This document shows positions 35,114 to 45,064 of a stretch of 64,000 bases of DNA, piece by piece (the first letter of the stretch is position 1; each line of letters begins with the position of its first letter). Location of the stretch: the NCBI GenBank assembly GCA_965203905.1, contig CBDBDQ010000005.1, positions 2,560,001 to 2,624,000 on the forward strand. The letters are read 5' to 3'. Made by a program: the position numbers and the translations under genes. The DNA comes from Spirochaetia bacterium. Lineage in GTDB: Bacteria; Spirochaetota; Spirochaetia; SZUA-6; Bin103. The notes beneath the pieces were generated by a model. The model ran no database searches and was not told where the DNA came from. It worked only from the letters and a program-made list of their open reading frames with translations.

Positions 35114-35458
35114 ATGACGATGCACCCAGGCAGTACGCTGGCCGTGGAGGACGCCGCCTCCACCTTTGCGGCGCTCGGGTCGGAGCAGCGGCTCGCGGTG
35201 CTGAAGACCTTGGTGCGCGCGGGGCCGGAGGGCCTCCCGATCGGCACGCTGGGGGAACGCACCGGGGTCACCGGATCGACTCTGACTCATCACGTGCGCG
35301 TCCTGACGCAGGCCGGTCTGCTGCACCGGGTCAAGCGCGGGCGCTCGGTCATCTGCGCCGCCGTCGCCTATCCGCGGGTGCAGGCACTGTCCGCCTATCT
35401 GCTGTCGGAGTGCTGCACCGACAGCGCCCACCCGCACGCCGGAGTTCCCCATGAGTAG
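35114..35458 (+). CDS. ArsR/SmtB family regulator
   Basis: FAALGSEQRL and STLTHH...L.QAGL segments; C-terminal ECC metalloid site. Confidence 0.9.
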   Translation: MTMHPGSTLAVEDAASTFAALGSEQRLAVLKTLVRAGPEGLPIGTLGERTGVTGSTLTHHVRVLTQAGLLHRVKRGRSVICAAVAYPRVQALSAYLLSECCTDSAHPHAGVPHE

Positions 35459-36539
35459 TACGCGAGGCCACTCCGCGGGTGCACTTGGTTCGTCTGCTGG
35501 ACATGGTTTCCCGAACCTGCGCCGGCTGTGGCGGCGGACCGACAAGGCGTGGCTGGTGATCGGGCTGATCCCGCTGCTGCTGGCACTGCTGGATCCCGCG
35601 CAGGTGCTGCCCACCCTGCGTTTTGCCGGCGGCGCGATCCTGCACACCGGCGCGTTCATCGCCGGCGCGGTGCTGGCGGTGGCCTGGTTGCGGGCGACCG
35701 GCGCCGAGGCGCTGCTGAGCCGGGTGTTCACGGGACGCGAGTCGCGCATGATCCTGCTGGGCGCGCTGGTGGGCGGGCTGGCGCCGTTCTGTTCCTGCGA
35801 GGTGATCCCGTTCATCTCCGCGCTGCTGGCGGTCGGGGCGCCGCTGTCGGCGGTGATGGCGTTCTGGCTCGCCTCGCCGCTGATGGATCCGGCGATGTTC
35901 CTGATCACCGCGGGCACGCTGGGCACCGGGTTCGCGGTGGCGAAGACGGTGGCGGCGGTAGGGCTCGGCCTGGGCGGCGGCATGCTGGTGAAGGCGTTTG
36001 CCGGCAGCAGCATGTTTGCCGATCCGCTCAAGGCGCAGCCGGCGGCCGGCACCGGTGCGTCGGGTTGCGGGACGGGATGCGGTCCCGAGCCGTCCGCCGG
36101 CCGTCCGCAGTGGGCGTTCTGGCGTTCGCGCGAGCGCCTGCTGATGTTTCGCGACACCGCGGCGTGGAACGCGCTGTTTCTGCTGAAGTGGCTGCTGCTG
36201 GCCTACCTGGTGGAGGCGCTGATGCTGGAGTACGTGCCGGCGGAGGTGATCGCCACGGTGCTCGGCGGCGAGGGGCTGTGGCCAATCCTCCTGGGTGCGA
36301 TCGTCGGGGCACCGGCTTACCTCAACGGCTACGCCACGGTGCCGCTGGTCGACGCGCTGCTGGCGCAGGGGATGGCGAACGGGGCGGCGATGTCGTTCGT
36401 CATCGCCGGCGCCGTGAGCTGCATCCCGGCCGCGATCGCCGTCTGGGCACTGGTCAAGCGGCGTGTGTTTGCCGCTTACCTGGGTATCGGGTTCGTCGGC
36501 TCTATCCTCGCGGGTCTCGCCTGGAGCGTGATCGCCTGA
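35451..36539 (+). CDS. DUF318/ArsP-type permease
   Basis: PFCSCEVIP and FWLASPLMDP motifs; central Cys-rich loop; overlaps the arsR stop. Confidence 0.88.
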   Translation: MSSTRGHSAGALGSSAGHGFPNLRRLWRRTDKAWLVIGLIPLLLALLDPAQVLPTLRFAGGAILHTGAFIAGAVLAVAWLRATGAEALLSRVFTGRESRMILLGALVGGLAPFCSCEVIPFISALLAVGAPLSAVMAFWLASPLMDPAMFLITAGTLGTGFAVAKTVAAVGLGLGGGMLVKAFAGSSMFADPLKAQPAAGTGASGCGTGCGPEPSAGRPQWAFWRSRERLLMFRDTAAWNALFLLKWLLLAYLVEALMLEYVPAEVIATVLGGEGLWPILLGAIVGAPAYLNGYATVPLVDALLAQGMANGAAMSFVIAGAVSCIPAAIAVWALVKRRVFAAYLGIGFVGSILAGLAWSVIA

Positions 36540-36561
36540 CGCTACGCCGGCCGCCGCTGCC

Positions 36562-37602
36562 TCAGACCACCGCCGGCTCGATGATGGAGAGTTCGCGGCG
36601 CCCGGAGTCGATGCGCAGGCGCACGCCCAGCGGCAGCACCAGCATCGGGTCGGTGTGGCCGAAGTCCAGGTTGCTGACGATCGGCAGCTCGCGCAGTCCG
36701 TACTCCTCACGCGCCGTGCGGCACAGCGTGTCCGCGTAGGCGGGGAACAACGCCGGATCGATCTGTCCGCCGGGACGTCCGAGGAGGATTCCCGCCAGCG
36801 GCTCCAGACAGCCCATCGCTGCCAGCGAGCGAACGAACTGCCTCAGCATCTCCGGGGGATGTGCCTCTTCCGAGGTCTCCAGAAACAGAACTGCGCCGTC
36901 CAATGAGTCCGCGAGCGGGAACACCGGCGTTCCGCGGAGCCAGTCCAGCACCTCGACACAGCCCCCGAACAACCTGCCCTCGATCACGCCTTCCTGCTGA
37001 TGGAAGACCCAGCCGGTACACGCATTGCGCTTGCGTCGCACGGACTGGTTGGCGGGATCCGCCCAGTCCGCAAATTCGACCGTCCATCCGTCCTCATTCG
37101 GCAGTAGCGGACCACTTGGGCCGGCGTCGAACAGCGTCCTGCGCACCGAGTCCACCAGGTAGGGGAACATGCCCCCGTTCTCGGCGAACCCCGCCATGAA
37201 GGAGGGACCGTAGAAGGACACCAGGCCGGCCTTGCGGCACACGCAGTGCGTGACCGTGGTGTCCGAGTACCCCAGGAACACCTTGGGGTTGGCCCGTATC
37301 ACGTTCAGGTCGAGGTACGGCAGCAGGCGGATCGAGTCGCTGCCGCCGATGGTGGAGATGATGCCGTCGATGCCCGGGTCGGCGAAGGCCGCCATCAGGT
37401 CGTCCGCCCGCGCCCGCGGGTTGCGCGCCAGCCACTCCGGCTCGCGCAGGGCGTGCGCGGTCTCGGTCACCACCACGCCGAACTCCTCCTCGAGCTGCCG
37501 CTTGCCGGCGGCGTAGCGATGCGGAAACGCGCCCGGCCCGCCCCAGGACAGCGAGACCGCCGCCATGTGGCTGCCGCGCCGCAGTCGTCTCGGTTTCATC
37601 AT
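36562..37602 (-). CDS. S66 peptidase (LD-carboxypeptidase/MccF-like)
   Basis: TIGG, FLGYSDTT, LFLETSEE and DFGHTDP motifs. Confidence 0.9.
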   Translation of the reverse strand: MMKPRRLRRGSHMAAVSLSWGGPGAFPHRYAAGKRQLEEEFGVVVTETAHALREPEWLARNPRARADDLMAAFADPGIDGIISTIGGSDSIRLLPYLDLNVIRANPKVFLGYSDTTVTHCVCRKAGLVSFYGPSFMAGFAENGGMFPYLVDSVRRTLFDAGPSGPLLPNEDGWTVEFADWADPANQSVRRKRNACTGWVFHQQEGVIEGRLFGGCVEVLDWLRGTPVFPLADSLDGAVLFLETSEEAHPPEMLRQFVRSLAAMGCLEPLAGILLGRPGGQIDPALFPAYADTLCRTAREEYGLRELPIVSNLDFGHTDPMLVLPLGVRLRIDSGRRELSIIEPAVV

Positions 37603-37792
37603 CCGGCGCCTCGCCGGGGCCTCTCCTTCACGATGGCGGCACCTCCACCGTCAAGCTACGGCAACAGATTGGATGCGAGCAACTGTTCCCCATGTTTCCT
37701 CAGCACCGTTGCGCCCGGCTCCTGGTCCGCAGGGCAGTCTTGCCCGGCGGTCGGGCTGGTTCCCCGGAGTCAATTGCGCCTATGCTGGCGGC

Positions 37793-38788
37793 ATGAGTCC
37801 GGCTGACGATCCGGTCGAGAGTTACCTGCGGACGTTCGAGCGGCTGCGGGCGCGCAAGCGGTGGTCGGCGAACTCGGTAACGTTCCGGTTCGTCGCGCTG
37901 AGTCTGGGCGCGGCCGCGTCCAGCATCGGCTACGATCGCCTGGAGGAGGTGGCAACCGAGTTGCGCAAGCGGGCACGCTGGGCGAGCCCGTTGAAGTCCG
38001 AGGTCCGCTACGTGGCAGCGGCGATGATTCTGCGCCGGGACCAGGATCCGGCTGCGATCCACGCCCGCGTGTTCGAGACCCGCGACGCCTTCCGGGCGCA
38101 CCGAGTGCCGAGCCGCGGCACCGGCCCCACCCTGGCGGCGCTGCTGCTCGCGTTGCACCACGAGGCGCGTCCGGTTCCGCAATCGCAGTTCGAACGGTTG
38201 GCGAAGATCTATCGCCGCTGGCGTCGTGAGCATCGCTGGCTGACCAGCTCCAGCGACCTGCCGGCTGCGGCGCTGCATGCCGCCCGCGAAGTGCCGGTGG
38301 ACGCGGTCGCCGCGGAGGTGGAGCGCGCCTACACGTGGTTGCAGGACGCGGGCTTCCGGCGTGGCAACCAGCTGCAGCTCGTTTCGCACCTGCTGGCGGT
38401 CGATCCACGCGGCACCGATGCCGCCGTACGGCGGTTCCACGCCGTCGCCGAACGGCTTCGGCATGCCGACGAACGGGTCGGAGCGAGCCGCTACGACGAG
38501 ATCGCCCTGCTGGCGCTCACGCAGGGTGCGCCGGCCGAGGTGGTCGACCGCGTACTGGACCACCGCGACCGCCTGCGCGCCGTCAAGCCGCGTCCCGACA
38601 GGACGGTGGCGTTCACGCTGGCGGCGGGCATCGAGATGGCGGCCGATGCGGAGATCGCGGGAGAGCGCAACGCCGGCGACCTGGCTGCGCTGCAGTCGAT
38701 CCAGGCGATTCTCGATGCCCAGCAGGCGGCGATGATAGCCGCCGTCTCGGCGGGCGCCGCCGCCGGTGCAGCAGCGGCATCAAGCTGA
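37793..38788 (+). CDS. DUF4003-like protein
   Basis: H.WLTSSSDLP and GFRRGNQLQLVSHLL segments; C-terminal QQAAMIAA...AAASS tail. Confidence 0.7.
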   Translation: MSPADDPVESYLRTFERLRARKRWSANSVTFRFVALSLGAAASSIGYDRLEEVATELRKRARWASPLKSEVRYVAAAMILRRDQDPAAIHARVFETRDAFRAHRVPSRGTGPTLAALLLALHHEARPVPQSQFERLAKIYRRWRREHRWLTSSSDLPAAALHAAREVPVDAVAAEVERAYTWLQDAGFRRGNQLQLVSHLLAVDPRGTDAAVRRFHAVAERLRHADERVGASRYDEIALLALTQGAPAEVVDRVLDHRDRLRAVKPRPDRTVAFTLAAGIEMAADAEIAGERNAGDLAALQSIQAILDAQQAAMIAAVSAGAAAGAAAASS

Positions 38789-38862
38789 CCGTCCAGCAGC
38801 CGTGGCATCGTGCTTTGTCGGCGCGCTTCGTGAGCCATGACGTAGCGCGATAAGTCATCGCC

Positions 38863-40101
38863 TCATCGGCTGGCGGAGGCGCGCTCCAGCACGGCCTGCA
38901 GCAGCACGTTGGCGCCGGCGGCGCAGTCCTCGCGGGTGGCGTTCTCCTGCTCGCTGTGGCTGATGCCGTCCGCGCACGGAATGAAGATCATGGCGGTCGG
39001 TACCCGCGCCGCGAGGTGGCAGGCGTCGTGGCCGGCGCCGGACACCATCTCCCGCCACGCCAGCCCCTGGGCCGTCGCGGCGCCGCGCACCGCGGCGATG
39101 CAACCGGGATCGAAGCGCAGCGGCGGCTGGTGCGCGATCTCCGTCAGGTCCAGCTCCAGGTTGGCGGCGGCGCAGATCGCCGCCGCCTCCGCTTCCAGGG
39201 CGTCCTTCATTGCCGCCAGCCGCTCCGCGTCCCGGTGGCGCAGATCCACGCTGAACGCGACCCTCCCCGGAATCGTGTTGCGCGAGTTGGGATGCACGGC
39301 AAGCGAGCCGACCGTCGCACTCGCCCCGGGCAGGTGTGCATGGCCGATGCGGTTCACCGCCGTCACGATGTGCGCCGTGCCGAGCAGCGCATCGCGCCGC
39401 TCAGGCATCGGCGTCGGGCCGGTGTGGGCCTCGCGTCCCGTCACGACCAGGTCGAACCAACGCAGCCCATGGGCGCCGGTCACGACGCCGATCGCCGTTC
39501 GTTCCCGTTCCAGGACCGGTCCCTGCTCGATGTGCAACTCGAACCAGGCGGCGAGCTCCGATACCGCCACCCGGTCGCGGCCGCGGTAGCCGATCCGCTC
39601 CAGCTCCGCCCCGAAGGTGCGCCCCGCGGAGTCGGCGGTGGCCGCCATGCGCGCCGCGTCGAGGCGGCCGGTAAACACGCCCGATCCCATCATCGAGGGA
39701 GCGAAGCGGCAGCCCTCCTCGTTGGTCCACGAGACCACCTCCAGGGGCAGCTCGGTGACCACGCCGTGGTCGCCCAGCGTCCGCACCACCTCGAGCGCGG
39801 CCAGCACGCCCAGCGCGCCGTCGAACCTTCCGGCCGCAGGCTGCGTGTCCAGGTGGCTGCCAAGTGCCACCGCCGGCACCGCGCCGCGCCGCCCTGCCCG
39901 TCGCGCGAAGATGTTGCCGACCGAATCGACTCTGACGCTGCAGCCGGCCGCGCGGCACCAGGCAATGAACAGGTCACGCGCCGCGCGATCGCCGTCGGTC
40001 AGCGTCTGCCGGTTCACGCCGCCAGCCGGTGTGGCGCCGATCTCCCCCATCCGCGACAGGCTGTCCCACAGCCGGTCTCCGTCGATCCTCAGCTCCCGCA
40101 C
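38863..40101 (-). CDS. M20 Zn amidohydrolase, hydantoinase/carbamoylase family
   Basis: GSHLDTQP, WTNEEG.RF, ELHIEQGP, SGAGHDA and GISH motifs. Confidence 0.92.
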   Translation of the reverse strand: MRELRIDGDRLWDSLSRMGEIGATPAGGVNRQTLTDGDRAARDLFIAWCRAAGCSVRVDSVGNIFARRAGRRGAVPAVALGSHLDTQPAAGRFDGALGVLAALEVVRTLGDHGVVTELPLEVVSWTNEEGCRFAPSMMGSGVFTGRLDAARMAATADSAGRTFGAELERIGYRGRDRVAVSELAAWFELHIEQGPVLERERTAIGVVTGAHGLRWFDLVVTGREAHTGPTPMPERRDALLGTAHIVTAVNRIGHAHLPGASATVGSLAVHPNSRNTIPGRVAFSVDLRHRDAERLAAMKDALEAEAAAICAAANLELDLTEIAHQPPLRFDPGCIAAVRGAATAQGLAWREMVSGAGHDACHLAARVPTAMIFIPCADGISHSEQENATREDCAAGANVLLQAVLERASASR

Positions 40102-40171
40102 GGTCGCCAGTGTGCCACGTCGGCGCGCCGCCAGCTACCGGGCGTTGGGACCGCTGGGGAGTCGTGCCCGC

Positions 40172-41566
40172 CTATCCGCAAAAACCCACGCCGTCGCGGG
40201 TCAGGTCTGCGACCGTGGCGCGTATCGATGCATCGAGAATGGTGACGATCCGTTCGATCTGATCCCGGGTCAGGATCAGCGCCGGGGACAGGACCGAGAG
40301 GTTGCCGATCGGGCGCACGATCAATCCCCGCTCCTGCGCCGCACGCGCGATCCGGCGGCCGATGTCAACCTGCGCCGGAAACGGCGCCTTGCCGTGGCGG
40401 TCCTGCACCAGCTCCAGGCACAGCATGAAGTGGCTGCCGCGAACGTCGCCGACGATCGGGTGCTCCCGCAGTGTCTCCAGCCGTTCGAGAAACAGCGGAC
40501 CGAGGTCACGCACCCGTTCGCAGATCCGCTCCCGCTCCAGCAGCGCTATGTTGGCCAGCCCTACCGCGCAGGCGGCGGCGTGGCCGGAGTAGGTGAAACC
40601 ATGGGCGAGCAGGGCGCCGTCGGACCGCGTCCTCGCCAGCCCGTCGTACAGCCGGTCGGAGATGATCGTCGCCCCGAGCGGCAGATACCCCGAGGTGATT
40701 CCCTTGGCCGCGACGATCATGTCGGGCACCACGCCAAAGCACGCCGCGCTCGCGAACATCTGTCCGAGCCGGCCGAATCCGGTCACCACTTCGTCGGACA
40801 CGTAGAGAATGTCGTGAGTTTCGCACACCTCCTTCATGCGCCGGTGGTAGCCGCGCGGCGCGACCAGCACGCCGCCGGCGCCCATGATCGGCTCGGCGAA
40901 GAAGCAGGCCACCGTGTCCGCTCCCAACCGGGCGACGGTGCGCTCGAACTCGTCCACCAGGTAGTCGCAGTAGGCGGCCTCGTCGGCGACCCCCTCCGGC
41001 ATGCGGTAGCAGTTGGCCTCCGAGAGGTAGTGCACCAACCCGTCGGCAAACCGGAAACCGCGCTTGTCGGCCATCTTGCCGGACAAGGTCGCCGCCAGAA
41101 AGGTGCTGCCGTGGTAGGCGTTGCGGCGCGAGATGAGGTAGCGCTTGGACGGCTTGCCGATGCGGTCGAAATAGAAGTGGGCGATGCGGGCGGCGGTGTC
41201 GTTGGCGGTCGAGCCGCCGGTGCTGTAGAACACGTGGTTGAGGTCTCCCGGCGCCAGATCCGCCAGCTTCGACGCCAGCTCGGTTGCCGGCGGATTGGCC
41301 AGATTGGTGAAATACGAGTACTGCGGGAGGCGCGCGAGCTGCTCGGCGGCGGCGTCCACCAGTTCCCGGCGGCCGAAGCCGACGTTGGCGAACCACAGCC
41401 CTCCGATCCCGTCCAGGAAGCGCCGGCCGGCCGCATCCCACACGTAGGCGCCCTCACCGCGCACCATGGTGGTGGAGCCGGTACGGGTCCATTCGGCAAA
41501 GTCGGTCCAGGGGTGGATGCAGTGATCGAGGTCCGCCTGGTGCAGCCGCACGGCGTCAGTTTGCAT
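40172..41566 (-). CDS. Class III PLP aminotransferase (polyamine/omega-amine type)
   Basis: LDGIGGLW, AYHGST, AEPIMGAGG, DEVVTGFGRLG and AKGITSGYLPLG motifs. Confidence 0.92.
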   Translation of the reverse strand: MQTDAVRLHQADLDHCIHPWTDFAEWTRTGSTTMVRGEGAYVWDAAGRRFLDGIGGLWFANVGFGRRELVDAAAEQLARLPQYSYFTNLANPPATELASKLADLAPGDLNHVFYSTGGSTANDTAARIAHFYFDRIGKPSKRYLISRRNAYHGSTFLAATLSGKMADKRGFRFADGLVHYLSEANCYRMPEGVADEAAYCDYLVDEFERTVARLGADTVACFFAEPIMGAGGVLVAPRGYHRRMKEVCETHDILYVSDEVVTGFGRLGQMFASAACFGVVPDMIVAAKGITSGYLPLGATIISDRLYDGLARTRSDGALLAHGFTYSGHAAACAVGLANIALLERERICERVRDLGPLFLERLETLREHPIVGDVRGSHFMLCLELVQDRHGKAPFPAQVDIGRRIARAAQERGLIVRPIGNLSVLSPALILTRDQIERIVTILDASIRATVADLTRDGVGFCG

Positions 41567-41624
41567 GATGTTGCGTCATGAGCACCCTCGGCGTTCAGCG
41601 TGCCGTAGCGCGGTGGTGCCGTAT

Positions 41625-41642
41625 ATGTCCCCTTGGGGATAA
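41625..41642. promoter_or_regulatory. Palindromic operator copy 1 (ATGTCCCCTTGGGGATAA)
   Basis: 18-bp inverted repeat upstream of the aminotransferase; matches copies at 41684 and 47194. Confidence 0.7.
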
Positions 41643-41683
41643 TTTCTTGCCGCTCACCCCTCTCGCAAAACGGGCAGACAAAA

Positions 41684-41701
41684 ATGTCCCCAAAGGGACA
41701 T
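41684..41701. promoter_or_regulatory. Palindromic operator copy 2 (ATGTCCCCAAAGGGACAT)
   Basis: Perfect 7-4-7 inverted repeat upstream of potF. Confidence 0.72.
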
Positions 41702-41800
41702 TAACGGGCGCTTTCCGCGTCTGGTAGGTTGCCTTGACTGCTGTTGATTGTCGAACCGCATCACCAATCCGTGATGTCGTGTTCGGGGGAGGACACTACC

Positions 41801-42919
41801 ATGCTCGGAAAGAGTTGGCTGGGAGTTGCGGTAGCGCTGGTATTCGTGGCGGCGCACGCCATGGGGTCGCCGGCGGGAGAGGCGGAAGCGGCGGAAGAAC
41901 GCGTCCTCAACGTCTACAACTGGTCCGATTATATCGCGGAAGACACGATCGCCAATTTTGAGCAACGCACCGGCATCAAGGTCAACTACGACGTGTTCGA
42001 CTCCAATGAGGTGCTGGAGGCGAAGCTGATGGCCGGCAGCAGCGGCTACGACGTGGTGGTTCCGGCGGCAAGCTTCCTGGAACGCCAGATCGAGGCCGGC
42101 ATCTTCGCCAAGCTCGACAAGGACCGGTTCGAGAACTACGGCAACCTCGATGCCACGATTCTCGAACGCGTCGCGGCTCACGATCCCGGCAACGAGCATG
42201 CCGTCCCCTACATGTGGGGCACCACCGGCTTCGGCTACAATGTCGCCAGGGTCCGGGAGATCATGCCGGACGCCCCGACCGACAGTTGGCGCATGCTGTT
42301 CGATCCGGAGGTGGTCGCGAAGCTGGCGCCCTGCGGCGTCACCGTGCTCGACGCCCCGACCGAGGTGTTCGCCAACGTGATGGGTTATCTGGGACGCGAT
42401 CCCAACAGCGAGAACCCCGCCGACCTCGAGGTGTTTACCGAGCACCTGTTGCGGGTCCGGCCGCACGTCAGGTACTTCCACTCCTCCCAGAACATCAATG
42501 ACCTTGCCACCGGGGAGATCTGCGTGGCCATGGGGTGGAGCGGCGACATGCTGATCGCGCGCGACCGGGCGGCGGAAGCGGGACAGGGCGTCGAGGTAGC
42601 CTACACCATCCCCCGCGAGGGTGCGGTGATCTGGTTCGACAATCTCGCAATCCCGAGCGACGCCCCGCACCCGGACAACGCTCACCTGTTTCTGGACTAC
42701 ATGATGGAGCCGGAGGTGGCCGCGGCGATCTCGAACTACGTGTTCTACGCGAACGCCAACCGCGCTTCGCTGCCCTACGTGGACGACGAAGTGAAGACCG
42801 ATCCGGCGATCTATCCCGCGGCCGAAGTCAAGGAGAACCTGTTCGCAGACCTGGCGGACTCGGCCAGCTTCACGCGGCTCCTCACCCGGGCCTGGACTAC
42901 CGTGAAGACCGGGCGCTGA
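41801..42919 (+). CDS. potF: Polyamine ABC transporter substrate-binding protein
   Basis: GGAGGA RBS; signal peptide; LNVYNWSDYI, GYDVVVP, PYMWGTTG and GWSGD motifs. Confidence 0.9.
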   Translation: MLGKSWLGVAVALVFVAAHAMGSPAGEAEAAEERVLNVYNWSDYIAEDTIANFEQRTGIKVNYDVFDSNEVLEAKLMAGSSGYDVVVPAASFLERQIEAGIFAKLDKDRFENYGNLDATILERVAAHDPGNEHAVPYMWGTTGFGYNVARVREIMPDAPTDSWRMLFDPEVVAKLAPCGVTVLDAPTEVFANVMGYLGRDPNSENPADLEVFTEHLLRVRPHVRYFHSSQNINDLATGEICVAMGWSGDMLIARDRAAEAGQGVEVAYTIPREGAVIWFDNLAIPSDAPHPDNAHLFLDYMMEPEVAAAISNYVFYANANRASLPYVDDEVKTDPAIYPAAEVKENLFADLADSASFTRLLTRAWTTVKTGR

Positions 42920-42980
42920 CCGGCGCGCGCCGCGACCCGCCGTCCGATTCACGGGGATGGCGGCGCATGCGAGGGCAGGT

Positions 42981-44144
42981 ATGGTGGTGGCGGAGAACGC
43001 CACGATGAACGATCCGCGCCCCGAACCCGAAGCACGGACCGCGCCTGACGGAGCGGCACAGCCCTACGTGCGAATAGAGGGCGTGACCAGGAAGTTCGGC
43101 GAGTTCGCCGCGGTCGACGACGTATCGCTGGACATCTTCCGCGGCGAAGTGTTCTGCCTGCTCGGCGGCTCCGGCTGCGGCAAGACCACGCTGCTGCGGG
43201 TCCTGGCGGGTCTGGAGCCGGCGACCACCGGCAGCGTGCTGATCGACGGGGTGGACGTGACCGGCATCCCGCCCTACCGGCGCCCGGTCAACATGATGTT
43301 CCAGTCCTATGCGCTGTTCCCCCACATGACGGTACGCAACAACGTCGCCTTCGGACTGCGCCAGGAGGGCATCCGGTCCCCGCAGATCAAGCGGCGCGTC
43401 GACGCGATCCTCGACCTGGTCAAGCTGGGACCCTACGCGCGCCGCAAGCCGCAGCAGCTCTCCGGCGGCCAGCGCCAACGCGTGGCGCTGGCGCGAGCGC
43501 TGGTCAAGGAGCCAAAGCTGCTGCTGCTCGACGAGCCGCTCGGTGCGCTGGACCGGCAGCTTCGCGAGGAGATGCAGTTCGAGCTGATCAACATCCAGCA
43601 GGCGCTCGGCATCACCTTCGTCGTGGTTACCCACGATCAGGAGGAGGCGATGACGCTCTCCAGCCGGATCGGCGTGATGCACGCTGGCCGGATCGTCCAG
43701 ACCGGGACGCCGACGGAGATCTACGAGTGCCCTGGTTCGCGGTTCGTGGCCCGCTTCATCGGCTCGGTGAACCTGTTCGAGGGCCACGTCGTGGAGCGCA
43801 CCTCGGACCGCGTGCTGGTCGCCTCCGAGGAGGCCGGCTGTCCGCTTGCGGTCGAGCACGGCGCGCAGGTCGTGGCGGGCGCCCGGGTGGCGGTCGCGGT
43901 ACGCCCGGAGAAGCTGGTGATGGCGCGCGAGCCGCCCGCCCACGAGTACAACCGTATCGCCGCGGTGATCGACGAGATCGCTTACCGCGGAGGGCTCTCG
44001 ATCTTCAAGCTGCGCACCGTGACGGGGCGCACGCTGCGCCTCACCCAACCCAACCGCGACCGCGCCACGGCGCAGCGGCCGACGCTGCGCGAGCCGGTAT
44101 ACGTATCGTGGCACCCGGCGAGCGGGGTCGTGCTCCAGGCATGA
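42981..44144 (+). CDS. potG: Polyamine ABC transporter ATPase (start uncertain)
   Basis: GGSGCGKTT, FQSYALFPHM, LSGGQRQR and LLLDEP motifs; TOBE tail. Confidence 0.9.
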   Translation: MVVAENATMNDPRPEPEARTAPDGAAQPYVRIEGVTRKFGEFAAVDDVSLDIFRGEVFCLLGGSGCGKTTLLRVLAGLEPATTGSVLIDGVDVTGIPPYRRPVNMMFQSYALFPHMTVRNNVAFGLRQEGIRSPQIKRRVDAILDLVKLGPYARRKPQQLSGGQRQRVALARALVKEPKLLLLDEPLGALDRQLREEMQFELINIQQALGITFVVVTHDQEEAMTLSSRIGVMHAGRIVQTGTPTEIYECPGSRFVARFIGSVNLFEGHVVERTSDRVLVASEEAGCPLAVEHGAQVVAGARVAVAVRPEKLVMAREPPAHEYNRIAAVIDEIAYRGGLSIFKLRTVTGRTLRLTQPNRDRATAQRPTLREPVYVSWHPASGVVLQA

Positions 44145-45064
44145 GCCGCGGCCGCGCGGGTCTGTGGCGCCTCGGCCGCCGCACGGGGATAAGCGGGCGC
44201 ACGCTGGTGATCGCGTTTCCCTACCTGTGGCTGCTCCTGTTCTTCCTCGTGCCGCTTGCGATCGTGTTGAAGATCGCGCTCTCCGAGGCCCTGATCGCGC
44301 GTCCGCCCTACGCACCGCTGTTCACGTGGCGCGCGGACGGTGCCCTGACGATACAACTGCACTTCCAGAACTTCCTGTTTCTCGTGCGCGACGACCTCTA
44401 CTGGCGGGCGTACCTCAACTCCGGAAAGATCGCGCTGATCGCGACCGTACTCTGTCTCGCGCTCGGCTACCCGGTGGCCTACGGCATCGCACGCGCGGCG
44501 CCGGGGGTACGCGACGTGCTGTTGATGCTGGTCATACTGCCGTTCTGGACCTCGTTCCTGCTGCGCGTCTACGCCTGGATCGGAATCCTCAAGAACAACG
44601 GACTGATCAACAACCTGCTGCTGGCGCTCGGCGTCATCGACCGGCCGCTGGTGATGATGCAGACCGATTTCGCCGTCTACCTCGGCATCGTGTACTCCTA
44701 TCTGCCGTTCATGATCCTTCCGCTGTACGCGAAACTGCAGCGCCTGGACCACAGCCTGTGGGAAGCGGCCGCCGACCTCGGCTGCCGTCCCCGGAAGGCG
44801 TTCCTCACGATTACCCTGCCGCTATCGCTGCCCGGCGTGGTGGCCGGCTCGATGCTGGTGTTCATCCCGGCGGTGGGCGAATTCGTGATCCCGGCGCTGC
44901 TCGGCGGGCCGGACACCTTGATGATCGGCCGGGTGCTGTGGGATGAGTTCTTCGCCAACCGCGACTGGCCGGTGGCCTCGGCGGTGGCGATCGCGGTGCT
45001 GCTCCTGCTGGTGGTTCCAATCACCCTGCTGCAGTTCATCCACGCGCGCGAGGCGCGGCGATGA
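44141..45064 (+). CDS. potH: Polyamine ABC transporter permease
   Basis: LPFWTSFLLRVYAW and EAAADLG motifs; ATGA overlap with potG. Confidence 0.9.
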   Translation: MSRGRAGLWRLGRRTGISGRTLVIAFPYLWLLLFFLVPLAIVLKIALSEALIARPPYAPLFTWRADGALTIQLHFQNFLFLVRDDLYWRAYLNSGKIALIATVLCLALGYPVAYGIARAAPGVRDVLLMLVILPFWTSFLLRVYAWIGILKNNGLINNLLLALGVIDRPLVMMQTDFAVYLGIVYSYLPFMILPLYAKLQRLDHSLWEAAADLGCRPRKAFLTITLPLSLPGVVAGSMLVFIPAVGEFVIPALLGGPDTLMIGRVLWDEFFANRDWPVASAVAIAVLLLLVVPITLLQFIHAREARR

